A stretch of DNA of 64,000 nucleotides from Histomonas meleagridis 2922-C6/04-290x (taxonomy: Eukaryota > Protista > Parabasalia). The number at the start of each line of letters is the position of its first letter. Positions within the stretch are counted from its first letter, which is position 1. The notes beneath the pieces are model-generated. The model did not search any database. It worked only from the letters and a program-made list of their open reading frames with translations, and had not been told where the DNA came from. Shown piece after piece: positions 32,029-43,450 of the stretch. The DNA lies in NCBI GenBank assembly GCA_020184695.1, contig JAANOX010000070.1, forward strand, positions 1 to 64,000, given 5' to 3'. The translations under genes and the position numbers were made by a program.

Positions 32029-34674
32029 TTATAATGATGGCTCTGAGTCTGCTTTCTTATTCTTCCTAAGCACTATAATAATGGAAACAGCAATAACTAT
32101 AGCTACAACAACCACAGCTATAACAATTCCCGCAACTGCACCTGGACTTAACCCACTGCCATCATCTCCGTCACCATCATCTCCGCTATATTCGTCACTT
32201 TCGTTCATACTACTTTGATCTGGTCCTTGTTCACCAGTACTTCCGCCTGTTTGTTGTGTGCTTCCACCTGTATACTGTGTGCTCCCTGATGCGGCTTCTT
32301 CATAGCTATCACTTGCCTTGAAGCTGATGACTGCTGCTCTGTACCTTTGGTACTTTGGAAGTCCTTCGATCTTCAGAGTCACTTTTCCGTTACCAGCGTC
32401 ACATGACATGTCATTTGACACAAATAAACAATTCAATTGTTGAGTTGTATTCACATTGAGAACTAAAGTTCGCTTGAAGTCATCGCCGCTGTAAGTGCCA
32501 CTATTAGCTATTAAAGCAGCAACATAACAATTAACGAAACCATCTACGGCCTTGTCTTCTTTTTCGCAGAACATACTCATCGCATTTAGTTCTTCTTCAT
32601 CAGTTAATTCAGGATTTTGTTCATCAGCAGGTAATTCCATTGTAACCATACCACGCTGGTTTGCATAATATACAGTGTCATTCAAAAGAGTCCTAAATAT
32701 TGGAGTCCATCTTTCATATTGAGGTTTCGCTGTATTTATGTCGTCAATTGATTCCAAGGTAAAGAAACTTTCACTAGAAGCATCATGAGAGAAATATGAA
32801 GGAGCACAACCGAATGAAATCAAAAGTGAAAAGTATTCTTCCATATATCTTAACGCATATTTTCGATCTGTATTTTCAATCTGACTCATAGGACGAGAGC
32901 CTAGTACGTATCGTTGTTTCCAGAAGTTTTCGCGGAAGTATGAAGTGTATTCTACATGATGTGAATCGCCAACAATTTCAACTTCGTGACCACTGCATGC
33001 ATGGAACTGTGTAAACTGTGGTGGCTCGTAGTTAGTGTTTGTCATGAAACCTCGTGGCGTATCTGATAAATGATCTTTATAAAGTGTGAAATAATGAACG
33101 ATATTTGGTACATATGAATGACCATTATCTGAGTCTACTAAATAATACGGAATAATGTCTGCTTTTGCTGGCGTGTGTGTATCTGTTGCATAGTCGATTC
33201 GGAATCCTGAGGAAAATGAATCAACCGCAATTCCATGATATTCAGTTTCATGTTTTTTATAGGTTGAAATGGTTTTGTTGAGGTCACTTGTTAAGTATTC
33301 ATAAGCTTTGCCTGTGTAACTAACATATCCAACTGATCCGACATTCCATCCTGCATTTTCTTCACGAGCATTAAGTTGGCCATAAGGGTATTGATTACCG
33401 TTTTCTAATAATGCTTCACATGCCAAATGTTCTTCATTTGAAGTATCAGCTGCACAAGATTCGAGATCTTGAATATAAGTTTCTGGAGTATAAGGAATTG
33501 TAACATGAATCAACGAAGGCTCAATATATAAATATGTGGATAAATATGGCTTAACTTCATCATATGCTGGTCCCCATAAAAATTGAACACCAAAGATGTC
33601 ACGATCTTCAGTACTATCGGGGAAGATGGAAACTAGATCGGGGAAGGCAGCCCACAGACCTTGTCCGCCAGGCTGCTCATTATATATCTCGGGGAACGTG
33701 AGGTGCCATTTTTCAAGCGCATCAAGCCAGCTCGTTGACGGTTTTTCGAGGATGATGTAGGGCATGTCAAAACCGTTTCTATCGATTACTTCGATGTACA
33801 TGCTGAAGCAAAGTAACTGAGAATCCATATCAGTACTGTCATAAGATGTTTCGACTTCCCATAAATGAACAAAGTCGCGCGCGAAAATATCAATTCCAAT
33901 AATGTGTGTGGAGTTAGCTAGAATTGGAACTTGATGAACGTTTTTGGATGTGCTAATGTAGTTAAAGTTGGGGCTTGAAAAGGTATCAGGGAATGGATGT
34001 GGGTTTGTAAGCTTTAATGTGTATAAGTGAAGCTTAGGATCTTGTGAATTGTAAGGAACATGGCCTTTGACACGTTTGACATTTGGCTTGATCGTCTCTG
34101 TGGTGGTTTCAATTTCTTTGGACTCTACAATCGTATTGAAAAGCTCAATGACTGGAAGAGTAAAAACAGCATCTCTGTCATCATCTGCATCGTTTTCTAA
34201 ATAAATACAATAATCAACACTTATATTTGGGCATGGTTGACTGAGCTCATACACCGTGGACGTTCCGATATTAGAATTAGCACCGTATTGGTAGATAACA
34301 CGAGGTTGAATATTTCTTGTTCTTGTCATATCGACATAACATTGTGCACCAGTATTCTTATTAGAACTGTGAGCATTGCAAACAGTTCGAGCATATGCGT
34401 ATTTCTTATTATTAGGGATATCCTCACTTGTAATTGTTGCGCAAAATTTATAGCAATCGCTTGTACTTGTTCCAGGACTTACAGTGACTACTTGACCAGA
34501 GGAGTCAATTGTTCCACCAGATCCCTGGTCTTCCCATTTATCAAAATTTGGGAATGAAATAGTATAAACATCTTCACTTAGTTCAGAAGCATAGGAAAGA
34601 TAGGAAGATTTTTGGCTTTCATCAGATAAAATATGATTTAAATAGATAAGAAACAGAGAAAGCAAAAAATTCAT
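32029..34674 (-). CDS. type I membrane surface protein with a possible glycoside-hydrolase-like ectodomain
   Basis: Signal peptide, ~780-aa ectodomain (GIAVDSF motif), Gly/Ser/Asp stalk, TM segment, short basic tail. Confidence 0.6.
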   Translation of the reverse strand: MNFLLSLFLIYLNHILSDESQKSSYLSYASELSEDVYTISFPNFDKWEDQGSGGTIDSSGQVVTVSPGTSTSDCYKFCATITSEDIPNNKKYAYARTVCNAHSSNKNTGAQCYVDMTRTRNIQPRVIYQYGANSNIGTSTVYELSQPCPNISVDYCIYLENDADDDRDAVFTLPVIELFNTIVESKEIETTTETIKPNVKRVKGHVPYNSQDPKLHLYTLKLTNPHPFPDTFSSPNFNYISTSKNVHQVPILANSTHIIGIDIFARDFVHLWEVETSYDSTDMDSQLLCFSMYIEVIDRNGFDMPYIILEKPSTSWLDALEKWHLTFPEIYNEQPGGQGLWAAFPDLVSIFPDSTEDRDIFGVQFLWGPAYDEVKPYLSTYLYIEPSLIHVTIPYTPETYIQDLESCAADTSNEEHLACEALLENGNQYPYGQLNAREENAGWNVGSVGYVSYTGKAYEYLTSDLNKTISTYKKHETEYHGIAVDSFSSGFRIDYATDTHTPAKADIIPYYLVDSDNGHSYVPNIVHYFTLYKDHLSDTPRGFMTNTNYEPPQFTQFHACSGHEVEIVGDSHHVEYTSYFRENFWKQRYVLGSRPMSQIENTDRKYALRYMEEYFSLLISFGCAPSYFSHDASSESFFTLESIDDINTAKPQYERWTPIFRTLLNDTVYYANQRGMVTMELPADEQNPELTDEEELNAMSMFCEKEDKAVDGFVNCYVAALIANSGTYSGDDFKRTLVLNVNTTQQLNCLFVSNDMSCDAGNGKVTLKIEGLPKYQRYRAAVISFKASDSYEEAASGSTQYTGGSTQQTGGSTGEQGPDQSSMNESDEYSGDDGDGDDGSGLSPGAVAGIVIAVVVVAIVIAVSIIIVLRKNKKADSEPSL

Positions 34675-35539
34675 GCCTCCAAAGTTCTGGTTTGCTACAC
34701 AAAAAGATTGAATGGGCGAACGATTATTTTCTGAGGCAAGTATTTAATTTGCACGGCTATTGATAGGTGAAGTGCAACTGTAGCGAACTTTTTTATAAAT
34801 TACACTGCCCGAAAAAACCGCTCAAACACAACCGGTATTTCAGAAAAATTAATTTGTAAAGTATTAGATTTGTGTCCTTGTAGGTAAATATTTATACTTT
34901 TTCATTGACAAAATATTCACGAAAAATTTTTATTCAGAAAATTCTGATATCATTTCGATGACGAAAGCAACATAACGATGATTAATTGCCTATTCATTTT
35001 TTAAATATTTAAATTTATAGATCTTTAGAAGAAAAATTGATATGAAATAGAAGTTAATTCAAATAAAAAATCGAAAACAATCCAAATAGTGATATTGGAA
35101 GGCTTTAAGTCACATTGCTATATATAAAATATGATCTCAAGTTATCTATCAAGCAACGACAAATGTTGAATCATGAATCAAAAAAGTCTCAATAATTGAT
35201 CTTGATTTAATTATAAATCAAACAGATTTTCCCTCTCTGAGTACTGTCAATTATAGTATATTCGTCTTGTTATTCCAGGGAAGAAAATCGAGTTTTCCCA
35301 TTCCGCTCGATATCAAAGGTTTGTTTTGATAACAAAGTGATTCTTCCTAACAGTACCAAATAGTTAAAGGTGCTGCAGTACTAAAGATATAGTGGATGAT
35401 TCTGCCTTCCTCAATGTGATAAAAGTCAATGTTATTTGTTTGTGTGCTAATATATTGTAATTTTACTATTTATATGAATACCAATTAGATAATTATCAGG
35501 ATTAGACCATGGTCTAATATTTTAATTTTCGATGTTTTT

Positions 35540-36479
35540 GTATTTTATTCATGTACTAAGTTAAAATCATTTACCATTTCTCATACGGTACCACCAGATA
35601 GTTTGTTAGTAAAAATATGAAATCAATCGGATATAATGCATTTTATAGATGTACACAACTCAGATGTTTTTATTTTTATGGAGATGCAGAACCTACAATT
35701 GACGAAAATACTTTTAGTGATACAATTAAATCGAAATTATGCTATTGGATACTTATCAAAGTAACACATTCGGAAGTTTTAACTTAATTATTGAAGCAGC
35801 CTAAGGGAGTTATACAATGTTTACACCTGTAGAATCATATCCATTCACAAGATCAAACATATTTACTAAATCAAATCCATTCACAAGATCAAATACATTG
35901 ACTGGATCGAATTCATTCACTGATTCAAATTCATTCACTCAAAGTAATACATTTACAAATCCGAATACATTTATAAATGATAATACAAATGAATTCTATA
36001 CAACGTTATCACATTCATTAACATTAGAATTATCTTCATCACATATCCAAACTATTATTAGTTATTCAATTTTAACGAACACATATATTGTAACAATTTT
36101 ATCATAATCAATTACATATCTATTTACTGAATTCATTTATTATAATTATACCATTTATCAATATTCAACTTATGTATATTATTATTCAGATTTTTATACA
36201 ATTATTCAACAAAATGAACAAAATTACAATGGAAATCAATCGAATAATAACATTCTCATTATTATTATTGTTTGGGTTGTAGTTGTTGTTATTTTAATTA
36301 TTTTATTTGTTGTAATTTTTATCGTTCGTTCTCATAATGAAAACAAAAATGAAAATGCAATAAGTGTAGAAGCAAATGAAAATAATAGTATTGATACATT
36401 CACAGCTACACAAATATCAAATGTTGATGAAGATCCATTTGCAGAGGATTTCAAAGAAGAACATTTTATTAATATATAA
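35540..36479 (+). pseudogene. BspA-like surface protein remnant (last LRR, FTxSN repeats, TM, DPF tail); start approximate
   Basis: MKSIGYNAFYRCTQLRCFYFYG at ~35618, repeat ORF 35817-36107, premature TAA at 36105-36107, then the same frame continues through a TM segment to EDPFAEDFKEEHFINI* (36479). Confidence 0.7.
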
Positions 36480-36909
36480 ATAAATATCTAAATATTCAGT
36501 TTATTTTTTTTAATTGAAGAAAAACAAAATTTTTCGTATCTTTTCTTATTTTTGTTTTGAAATGAATTTGCAATTTCATTTTAAAACCCAAGAATCATCT
36601 AAGATAAAATAATGTTGCATAATAATTAAATTTATGATTGTTTACCTTTAAGTTATTTTAATATTTTTGGTCAATAGTGAGGCACTCGTTTTAAGGATTT
36701 TTTATTTTGTCAATCAATAATAAGGAAATCATTTAATGGATTTTGAGATACTTCTATTCCGAAAATGAGTTTGAAATAAAAATATATACCAAATTCATCT
36801 TATTATAAGGCATTTAATGAAATTTGAATTACGTAAAAGACAAATAAATAAAAATGACTTTATGTTATTTTGAAATTTGAAATTCAAATATTTAAAAATT
36901 TTCATTTAT

Positions 36910-37527
36910 TTAAAGTTTCCAGGCATTTTTCATCATTGTAGCAAAGTACTCATCACTATCAATTGATGGTGATATTTCACGATAATAATCAATGAATTCA
37001 TCACGTGAAATCTTTCCATCGCCATCATCATCGTATGAACGAAGCATATGGGTAAATATTGCGTTTGCAGTTGTCTTGCCCATTTTAACAAGTTCACTGG
37101 TCTTTGGATTATGAACAGCCTCCAAATCAGATATTTCAACAAGACCAGATCCATCAACATCAAGCTTATCAAATGCTTTGTTAATCCATTTGATACGTTC
37201 TTCACTTAATGGAGGAGCAATTTGGTAAAGAAATTCATCATAACTGATTTTTCCATCACCATTTTTATCAAAAAGACGTATCAGCTCATTAAGTTCGGTC
37301 TTGTTAACAATAACACCTATTTCACTTAAAAGTTTTGGAAGTTCATTATGAAGATCAATAAAGCCATCAGTATTATCATCAGCAATTCTGAAAAGACGGC
37401 CAATTCCTTTGATACCAACAGCACCACGTTCAACAACCCTTTGGCGGATTCGGTTCATAAGAACATCAAGGTCGAGATATTTGCGTTGCGGAGAATTTGA
37501 ATTCATTGGCAAAGTGAATTGAATCAT
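36910..37527 (-). CDS. calcyphosin-like EF-hand calcium-binding protein
   Basis: RGAVGIKGIGRLFRIADD, four EF hands, C-terminal SIDSDEYFATMMKNAWKL. Confidence 0.88.
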   Translation of the reverse strand: MIQFTLPMNSNSPQRKYLDLDVLMNRIRQRVVERGAVGIKGIGRLFRIADDNTDGFIDLHNELPKLLSEIGVIVNKTELNELIRLFDKNGDGKISYDEFLYQIAPPLSEERIKWINKAFDKLDVDGSGLVEISDLEAVHNPKTSELVKMGKTTANAIFTHMLRSYDDDGDGKISRDEFIDYYREISPSIDSDEYFATMMKNAWKL

Positions 37528-38399
37528 AACGTATTCGATTGAAAAATTGTGAAATTTATGGCGCCATTTTTATATCAATTTCAAATGTTATCATCTTTTT
37601 GTTATAAACGAACGTTTAAATTTTAACTTGCTCAAACAAATAAGTTGGCAACTTATTGCATGCAACATTATAATTAATTCAAGTAGATTTAAAGAAGCTA
37701 AAGCAAGCCAATTAAATTACACGAGAAAGTAATTTGTTCCTTACATGAACAACCATTTTTAGATGCATCTATATTGTATTATTTCGTAGTATGATTTCTT
37801 CAAATTGCGAAATGGTTCCTTTGATCAACCTAAAAACAATTTCTTTGATAAAAGAAAGCGAACCTTTTCTTTATGATATTTCACAAGATTTAGTCTGTAC
37901 ATCGTAAAATTTGGTTTTTAAAAATTCTTTCCTTGAGATTAGCAATTTAGAGCATAAGACCCTTATTTACCAGAATTCATTTCAAAAAATATTCAACATT
38001 AAATCGAAGTTCAATCTAATCAGAATTTTTTATAAAACGATTTTAATTAAATTTGTTTCAAATTTAAACTTGAGCCACATAGCTTTTGTTTTAAATGTAT
38101 TTAATAACATGAATTATTTTGTATTTAAAAATGAGTACAAACAGATTTTTCATAATCAAACATTTGTATTGAACAATTCACAAAAGGAATCGAAAAACTT
38201 ATTGTTGGCAACAGATGAAGGAAATTCTTTTGCTTGTGTGCAAATAAAATTATGTTTTCTCAATCAAAAAGTTAATTACTAAACGGCCATGTATCCGTTA
38301 AGAATCTTACTTTTTTACTACTTTACACCAATTTTCAGAGCAATTTTCAATGCCGACTGCGTGATTTGTTCATATTCAATTTTTTATGAAAAGGCTTTA

Positions 38400-40043
38400 A
38401 TGGAATTACCTGAAGGAGAAAATATTCAAGGTCTCTTTGGTGGTTTTGACCCAAATAGAAGATATGCAGGTGATGATGATTATAAGCAATTTAATCTTCC
38501 ACATTTCATATATTCTGAAAGAATGTTTTTATCAATGCATGGACCTGTCACCAAAGAAGAAGAGCGCGCATTCACCATTGCCAATAAAGCCACAACTGCT
38601 TTAAGTACTGGTCAAAATCAGTTGGCAGAAAAAATGGCATTTCATGCATTATCTCTTGATCCAAGCTGTGTTGATGCATGGCGCATTTTATGCAGCACAC
38701 TAAATGCTAATTGTGATGGAGACACAGTTATCTGCGCAATTCGCGAAACAATAAATTTTGCCAGGACAATGTACCAAAATGTATTTGAAGAAGATGGCAT
38801 GTTTTATAGCATTAGTTATTCACGTCCATATATGCGTCTTCTTATGGATATTGCAAGCATCGCATTTCAAAGTGAACAATTAGATGTTAGCACATATGCA
38901 TATGAAGAGATTATCCGCCTCAATCACAGAGACAACATGGGAGCTCGCAGTCAACTGTTATCATGTTATTTGAAATTAATTGGTCGAAGAAATCGTTATC
39001 CAAATACAAAACCTGTTCGTACGATCGAACATGCCAAAGCACTTATCAACTGCAAATTTGATGAAGACGGCATTTTTGAAGATGATAATCTTGTTGTTCG
39101 ATGGGCTAATATTATTTTTGCATATTCTGAAAAAAGCCCTGAATGGAAGAAACTTGCTCAAGAAGAGAACAAGAAGAACAATATCACTTTCAAAGTTGTT
39201 TTTGGTGAACTTGAACTTAGTAAAATTGCGCCTGGTAATCCAGAATTTCCAGATGGTTTTCAATGTGGCAACAAGAACGATGATGTTCGCCAACATGGTC
39301 ATTATTTAGTAGAAGCACTTCGTGATTGGCCAGATTTTGTTGTTGATTTACGTAAACTCATTCGAGGTAATGCCAACAAAAAATTCATCAAAGATACCCA
39401 AGAAAATGCCCCTAATCCTAACTGGGAGCTCTCCAAAGAGTTCAAAACCAAGATGACACTCCTTGCGAACGAGTTCCTTCAAAACGGCAGAGATCTTCTG
39501 ACAAACCGTAATTATTTGGAATCTTTACGTAAGTTCACTTTTGCGAAGCGCGGTTTTGCCGAGGCAGCCCAACCGTCGCGCCGATGGTATTTACATGCGC
39601 CTTTTGCGATTGTATCAAACCGTGCCACTGCAGCAACGCAATTAAAAATGTGGAACCTTGCAAGAATTGACTCAAGGTACACATTGTTATTAAAGCCTGA
39701 TCATCCACGAACTTATTTACGATTACCAAAACTTGCTGAAGCATTTGGAGCTAAACAACTTAAAGAAGAGTTTAATATTATTGCATTAGATGCAAAAGAA
39801 TTCGTGAATGAACCGAATAAGAAACCAATTGAAGAATGGAAATCTTTGGCTAAAACTGTAATCGGATTATTATCAATTAAAGCATTGGCATACACTGCTA
39901 AAAACCAGCTGACAAACGAAATTAGAGAGCAATTGATCGAATTCGGAATTCAGGATATGTATATAAGTGTAAACGTTGGAAGCGATGTGCATAAGAGACT
40001 TCCCTGGCTAAATGAAAGTGATATGGAACCAGAAATTAAATGA
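38400..40043 (+). CDS. TPR/ST7-like helical repeat protein
   Basis: ALSLDPSCVDAWRIL..RPYMRLL..IRLNHRDNMGAR and a C-terminal TPR (SNRATAATQLKMW..LKPDHPRTYLR). Probable ATG at 38400. Confidence 0.6.
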   Translation: MELPEGENIQGLFGGFDPNRRYAGDDDYKQFNLPHFIYSERMFLSMHGPVTKEEERAFTIANKATTALSTGQNQLAEKMAFHALSLDPSCVDAWRILCSTLNANCDGDTVICAIRETINFARTMYQNVFEEDGMFYSISYSRPYMRLLMDIASIAFQSEQLDVSTYAYEEIIRLNHRDNMGARSQLLSCYLKLIGRRNRYPNTKPVRTIEHAKALINCKFDEDGIFEDDNLVVRWANIIFAYSEKSPEWKKLAQEENKKNNITFKVVFGELELSKIAPGNPEFPDGFQCGNKNDDVRQHGHYLVEALRDWPDFVVDLRKLIRGNANKKFIKDTQENAPNPNWELSKEFKTKMTLLANEFLQNGRDLLTNRNYLESLRKFTFAKRGFAEAAQPSRRWYLHAPFAIVSNRATAATQLKMWNLARIDSRYTLLLKPDHPRTYLRLPKLAEAFGAKQLKEEFNIIALDAKEFVNEPNKKPIEEWKSLAKTVIGLLSIKALAYTAKNQLTNEIREQLIEFGIQDMYISVNVGSDVHKRLPWLNESDMEPEIK

Positions 40044-40596
40044 ACAAATTGACTTTATTTTTAAGGAATCTGTTAAAATTTAGAATTTGATATTTATCAT
40101 TTAAGTTAAATTAAGCTTTGTGATTAAAATGCATTATATACTAATTTGCATGCAATAATATTAAATGTTTTGGGAAGATTTGAATCGAATATTTTCACTG
40201 TGTCTTGAACCGATGCCAGAAATTTTCTTCGGTTAAACCTAATACAATACTTTCAAGTTCAACCAGTTTTGGGATAGCTAGGATTAAATGTTTGGAATTT
40301 TTATAATTTGGCTTTTCATCGCAGTCATCAGTCATTTTCTACTGCAACTACAGAATTTTTGATTTTTATGCGATGTTCATGATATTTATTAAAATTTTAT
40401 ATGAATCATTTTTTTTTGATGAAGAAATTTAAGAGTGCATCCATAAATGATTCATGAATAACAAAATCGCCTTTAAGAATTCCTTAGAGATTTATATATT
40501 CTTGGTAAAAAGTTTATATCTAAAGGAATTTACAATTGTGTTCCTCGAACTTCATCTCGAGATTTACGTTTTCGTTTTCTGTAGTTTATTTTAAAA

Positions 40597-41202
40597 TTGG
40601 AAGTCCAAGAAAGAGAAAGCCAATTTTTTTGCAAAATTGTATTATGTGGCGAATTTGGTGTAGGAAAGAAAAGCTTTCTTATGCGCCTTGACAAAGATGA
40701 ATTTATAAAACATTATGTCAATCCAATTGGTGTTGATTTCATAAACAAAAAATTAGAAATAAAGGACATAATTGTTTTTGCACAGACCTTAGTGCTTTCT
40801 TTTGGTGAGCATTTTTATATCTCTACAAAATGGTATAAAAATGCGATTGGTGCTATTTTAATATATGACATTACAAATAGAGATTCATTTAATAGTATTA
40901 AATTATGGCTAAGAGATGTTCGACAACATGCAGATAGCAAAGTTGTAATTATGCTTATTGGATCAAAATGTGATCTTAATGAAAATCGAGAAGTTTCAAC
41001 TGAAGAAGCAATAGAATACAGCAAAAAAGAGAACATCATTTTTTATGAAACTTCATCTCTTAAGAACATTAATATTTATGAAGCATTTGCAACATTAATT
41101 ACCAAGATATTTCAAATTCTTAATAATGACCAACAACCAAAGCAAACCATAGAACAATTGCCAAAACCAAATGGCCCAAATCATATATGCAATTTTTCAT
41201 GA
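40597..41202 (+). CDS. divergent Rab GTPase (Rab11-like); no in-frame ATG at the start, possibly a pseudogene
   Basis: KIVLCGEFGVGK, IGVDF, YDITNRDSF, GSKCDL, ETSS, C-terminal CNFS. G3 (DTAGQ) is replaced by VLSFGE. Confidence 0.65.
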   Translation: MEVQERESQFFCKIVLCGEFGVGKKSFLMRLDKDEFIKHYVNPIGVDFINKKLEIKDIIVFAQTLVLSFGEHFYISTKWYKNAIGAILIYDITNRDSFNSIKLWLRDVRQHADSKVVIMLIGSKCDLNENREVSTEEAIEYSKKENIIFYETSSLKNINIYEAFATLITKIFQILNNDQQPKQTIEQLPKPNGPNHICNFS

Positions 41203-41483
41203 TTTATTATGTTTCTGAATTTCGACTTACATTCCTAAAAGTTTTTGAAATTCGTAATCAAAAAATGTATAAAGATCATATCCTTATTTAATATTTTTTT
41301 TCTTTTGAAATTTCAATTTACATTATCATTCCTTACAAAATTTTAGCTATGATTTTTTCCAAGTAATTCAATAACTATCATTAACTCAAACCGAAGGAAC
41401 AATCAAAGAAATGAATTAATTTATAATTCACGAAAAAGTAAAAGGTTTAAAATATGAATTATTTATCATTTATTATTATTCTT

Positions 41484-42848
41484 TCAGTCACAGAATGATT
41501 TGAATCCCATTGATCCACCATTCTTCTTTATGAAAATGATTTCCTTCACACCGACAACCGTCATCATAACCGCAGAAACCGCAATAACCGCAGCCAAAAA
41601 GTACAAGAAAAGTGACCTGTTGCCCATCTTCTTCACTAACCACCTCAAGAATATGACGCCGATCAAAAACGACACAAATCCGACAGCAGAAAAGATCGCG
41701 AATTCGGCAACAGGCATCACACCTTCCGCGATATACTGGATGGACGTGGCACTAGAAGTTAACAAAATCATAAATGTTGATGTGGCCGCCATTTCTTCAG
41801 CTTCAATATCAAGCTTAAGCATCATAGGACCTTTGATCATACCACCACCAATACCTAAGAAGCCTGCCGCGATACCAGCGATGAAGCCAGACATCATTAA
41901 TACAAATGCAGTTTTTGCACTGATATCGGCATCTTTGCCAACAATTGGATAGTTCCTGGCAATGGTGTACATCCACCAGTTAATTAAGGCATAGATTGGA
42001 AATGGTGCAAATGTTAATACCCAATACCATGTGGAACAAAATTCAATACCAATGATAGAATCGGCACCATCACCACCACGTAAGAAGGCAACTACAAGAA
42101 ATATTGCCCATATAACACCTAAAAGAATTAATATCTTCTTAGAATAGGCAGGTCCTGAATATTGGCCTGGTGTGTTGGAAATAAGGTTACTTTCCATGCT
42201 GTCTGGGTTTTCTTTGAGGGCTTTAGCTTTTCTTTGGTCTTTGATACCTTTCATTAATGTGGAATATGCTGTATATGAAAGAAGGATAAATTGTACAATA
42301 TATAAGAGCCAAGCTGGAATAACAGAGTTAAAAATAACACCTAAGATAGTACCAAGCCATGAAATTGGTTCAATGCAACAAGCAACATTATAATTGATAA
42401 GTGGTCGGTCATAGAATGGATGGCGCTTACGGAGGTTAAAGATTGTAACGGCTAAAGAACCTCCGAAAATAAGTGCTTTAGAAGTGGGAATACTATATTC
42501 TGATGGGAATTCAACAACTAGAATTAATATGGGTACAAAGAGACCACCTCCACCAATACCGGCACCAGACACGAAAATACCAGCGATGAATACGCATATC
42601 ATACCAATAATTAAACGAGTATCCCAAGGATGAAGTAATGGTTCATAATTACAAATATTTTGTTGATACTTCTTGTTGAATCTGCAGTAAAAGTGTGGAT
42701 CATATTTGTGGCATTGGTCTGTTGTAGCACAGAATTGACATGTTCCATTTAAACAAACTAATGGATCACCACAATTATAGTCACGATTTTCATCGGTGCA
42801 TGTTTCATTTAATTTAAGGCATAATGCGCATTGGATGAACAGAAACAT
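41484..42848 (-). CDS. TauE/SafE (sulfite exporter)-family membrane protein with Cys-rich N-terminal ectodomain
   Basis: GAGIGGGGLFVP, GFLGIGGGMIKGPMML, AATSTFMILLTSS. Confidence 0.88.
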   Translation of the reverse strand: MFLFIQCALCLKLNETCTDENRDYNCGDPLVCLNGTCQFCATTDQCHKYDPHFYCRFNKKYQQNICNYEPLLHPWDTRLIIGMICVFIAGIFVSGAGIGGGGLFVPILILVVEFPSEYSIPTSKALIFGGSLAVTIFNLRKRHPFYDRPLINYNVACCIEPISWLGTILGVIFNSVIPAWLLYIVQFILLSYTAYSTLMKGIKDQRKAKALKENPDSMESNLISNTPGQYSGPAYSKKILILLGVIWAIFLVVAFLRGGDGADSIIGIEFCSTWYWVLTFAPFPIYALINWWMYTIARNYPIVGKDADISAKTAFVLMMSGFIAGIAAGFLGIGGGMIKGPMMLKLDIEAEEMAATSTFMILLTSSATSIQYIAEGVMPVAEFAIFSAVGFVSFLIGVIFLRWLVKKMGNRSLFLYFLAAVIAVSAVMMTVVGVKEIIFIKKNGGSMGFKSFCD

Positions 42849-43450
42849 CCAAATGGAAAATAATGATTTCAGAAGGCCTTATCGCAAAGGTTTTTCATTC
42901 ATTATTTTATCGGTGCGCATTCAAAACTCACAGTTAAAAAACCGGCTATGGTCATTACCACTCAAACGGTATTCAGAAATATCGGTGTTTTCATCCAAAT
43001 GGATATGGAATAATTTCTGATTATTTTAGATAATTGTGTTAAGCTAAATTCTTTTCATAACAAACAAAAGAATCGAATTTATCGTTCGACTTTTTTGTTA
43101 TCTTATGATTGAGTAAAGTGTTGTATGTGCTTATATTATAACTAAATCATCTTATTCATTTTAAAATATATTTAAATATTTAAAATATTCATCATAACTA
43201 ATAAATAACATTTTTTAAAAAAACATTATATGTAATAATACTTGTATTTTTTGTGGGTTAAACAATACCAAAAGTTATAACTTAGGTTAACATTAAAACT
43301 TTAAGGATAATTCCTCTTAAAGCCATAGAAAACATTAATATGGCGTAATTAAAATTCGGAAATTTTGTGGAATTCATTGTAATATTATGGATTTTTTTTC
43401 TGAATTTAAAAATAATGCTTACCTTGAGAAATAATAGGTAATCTTATTTA

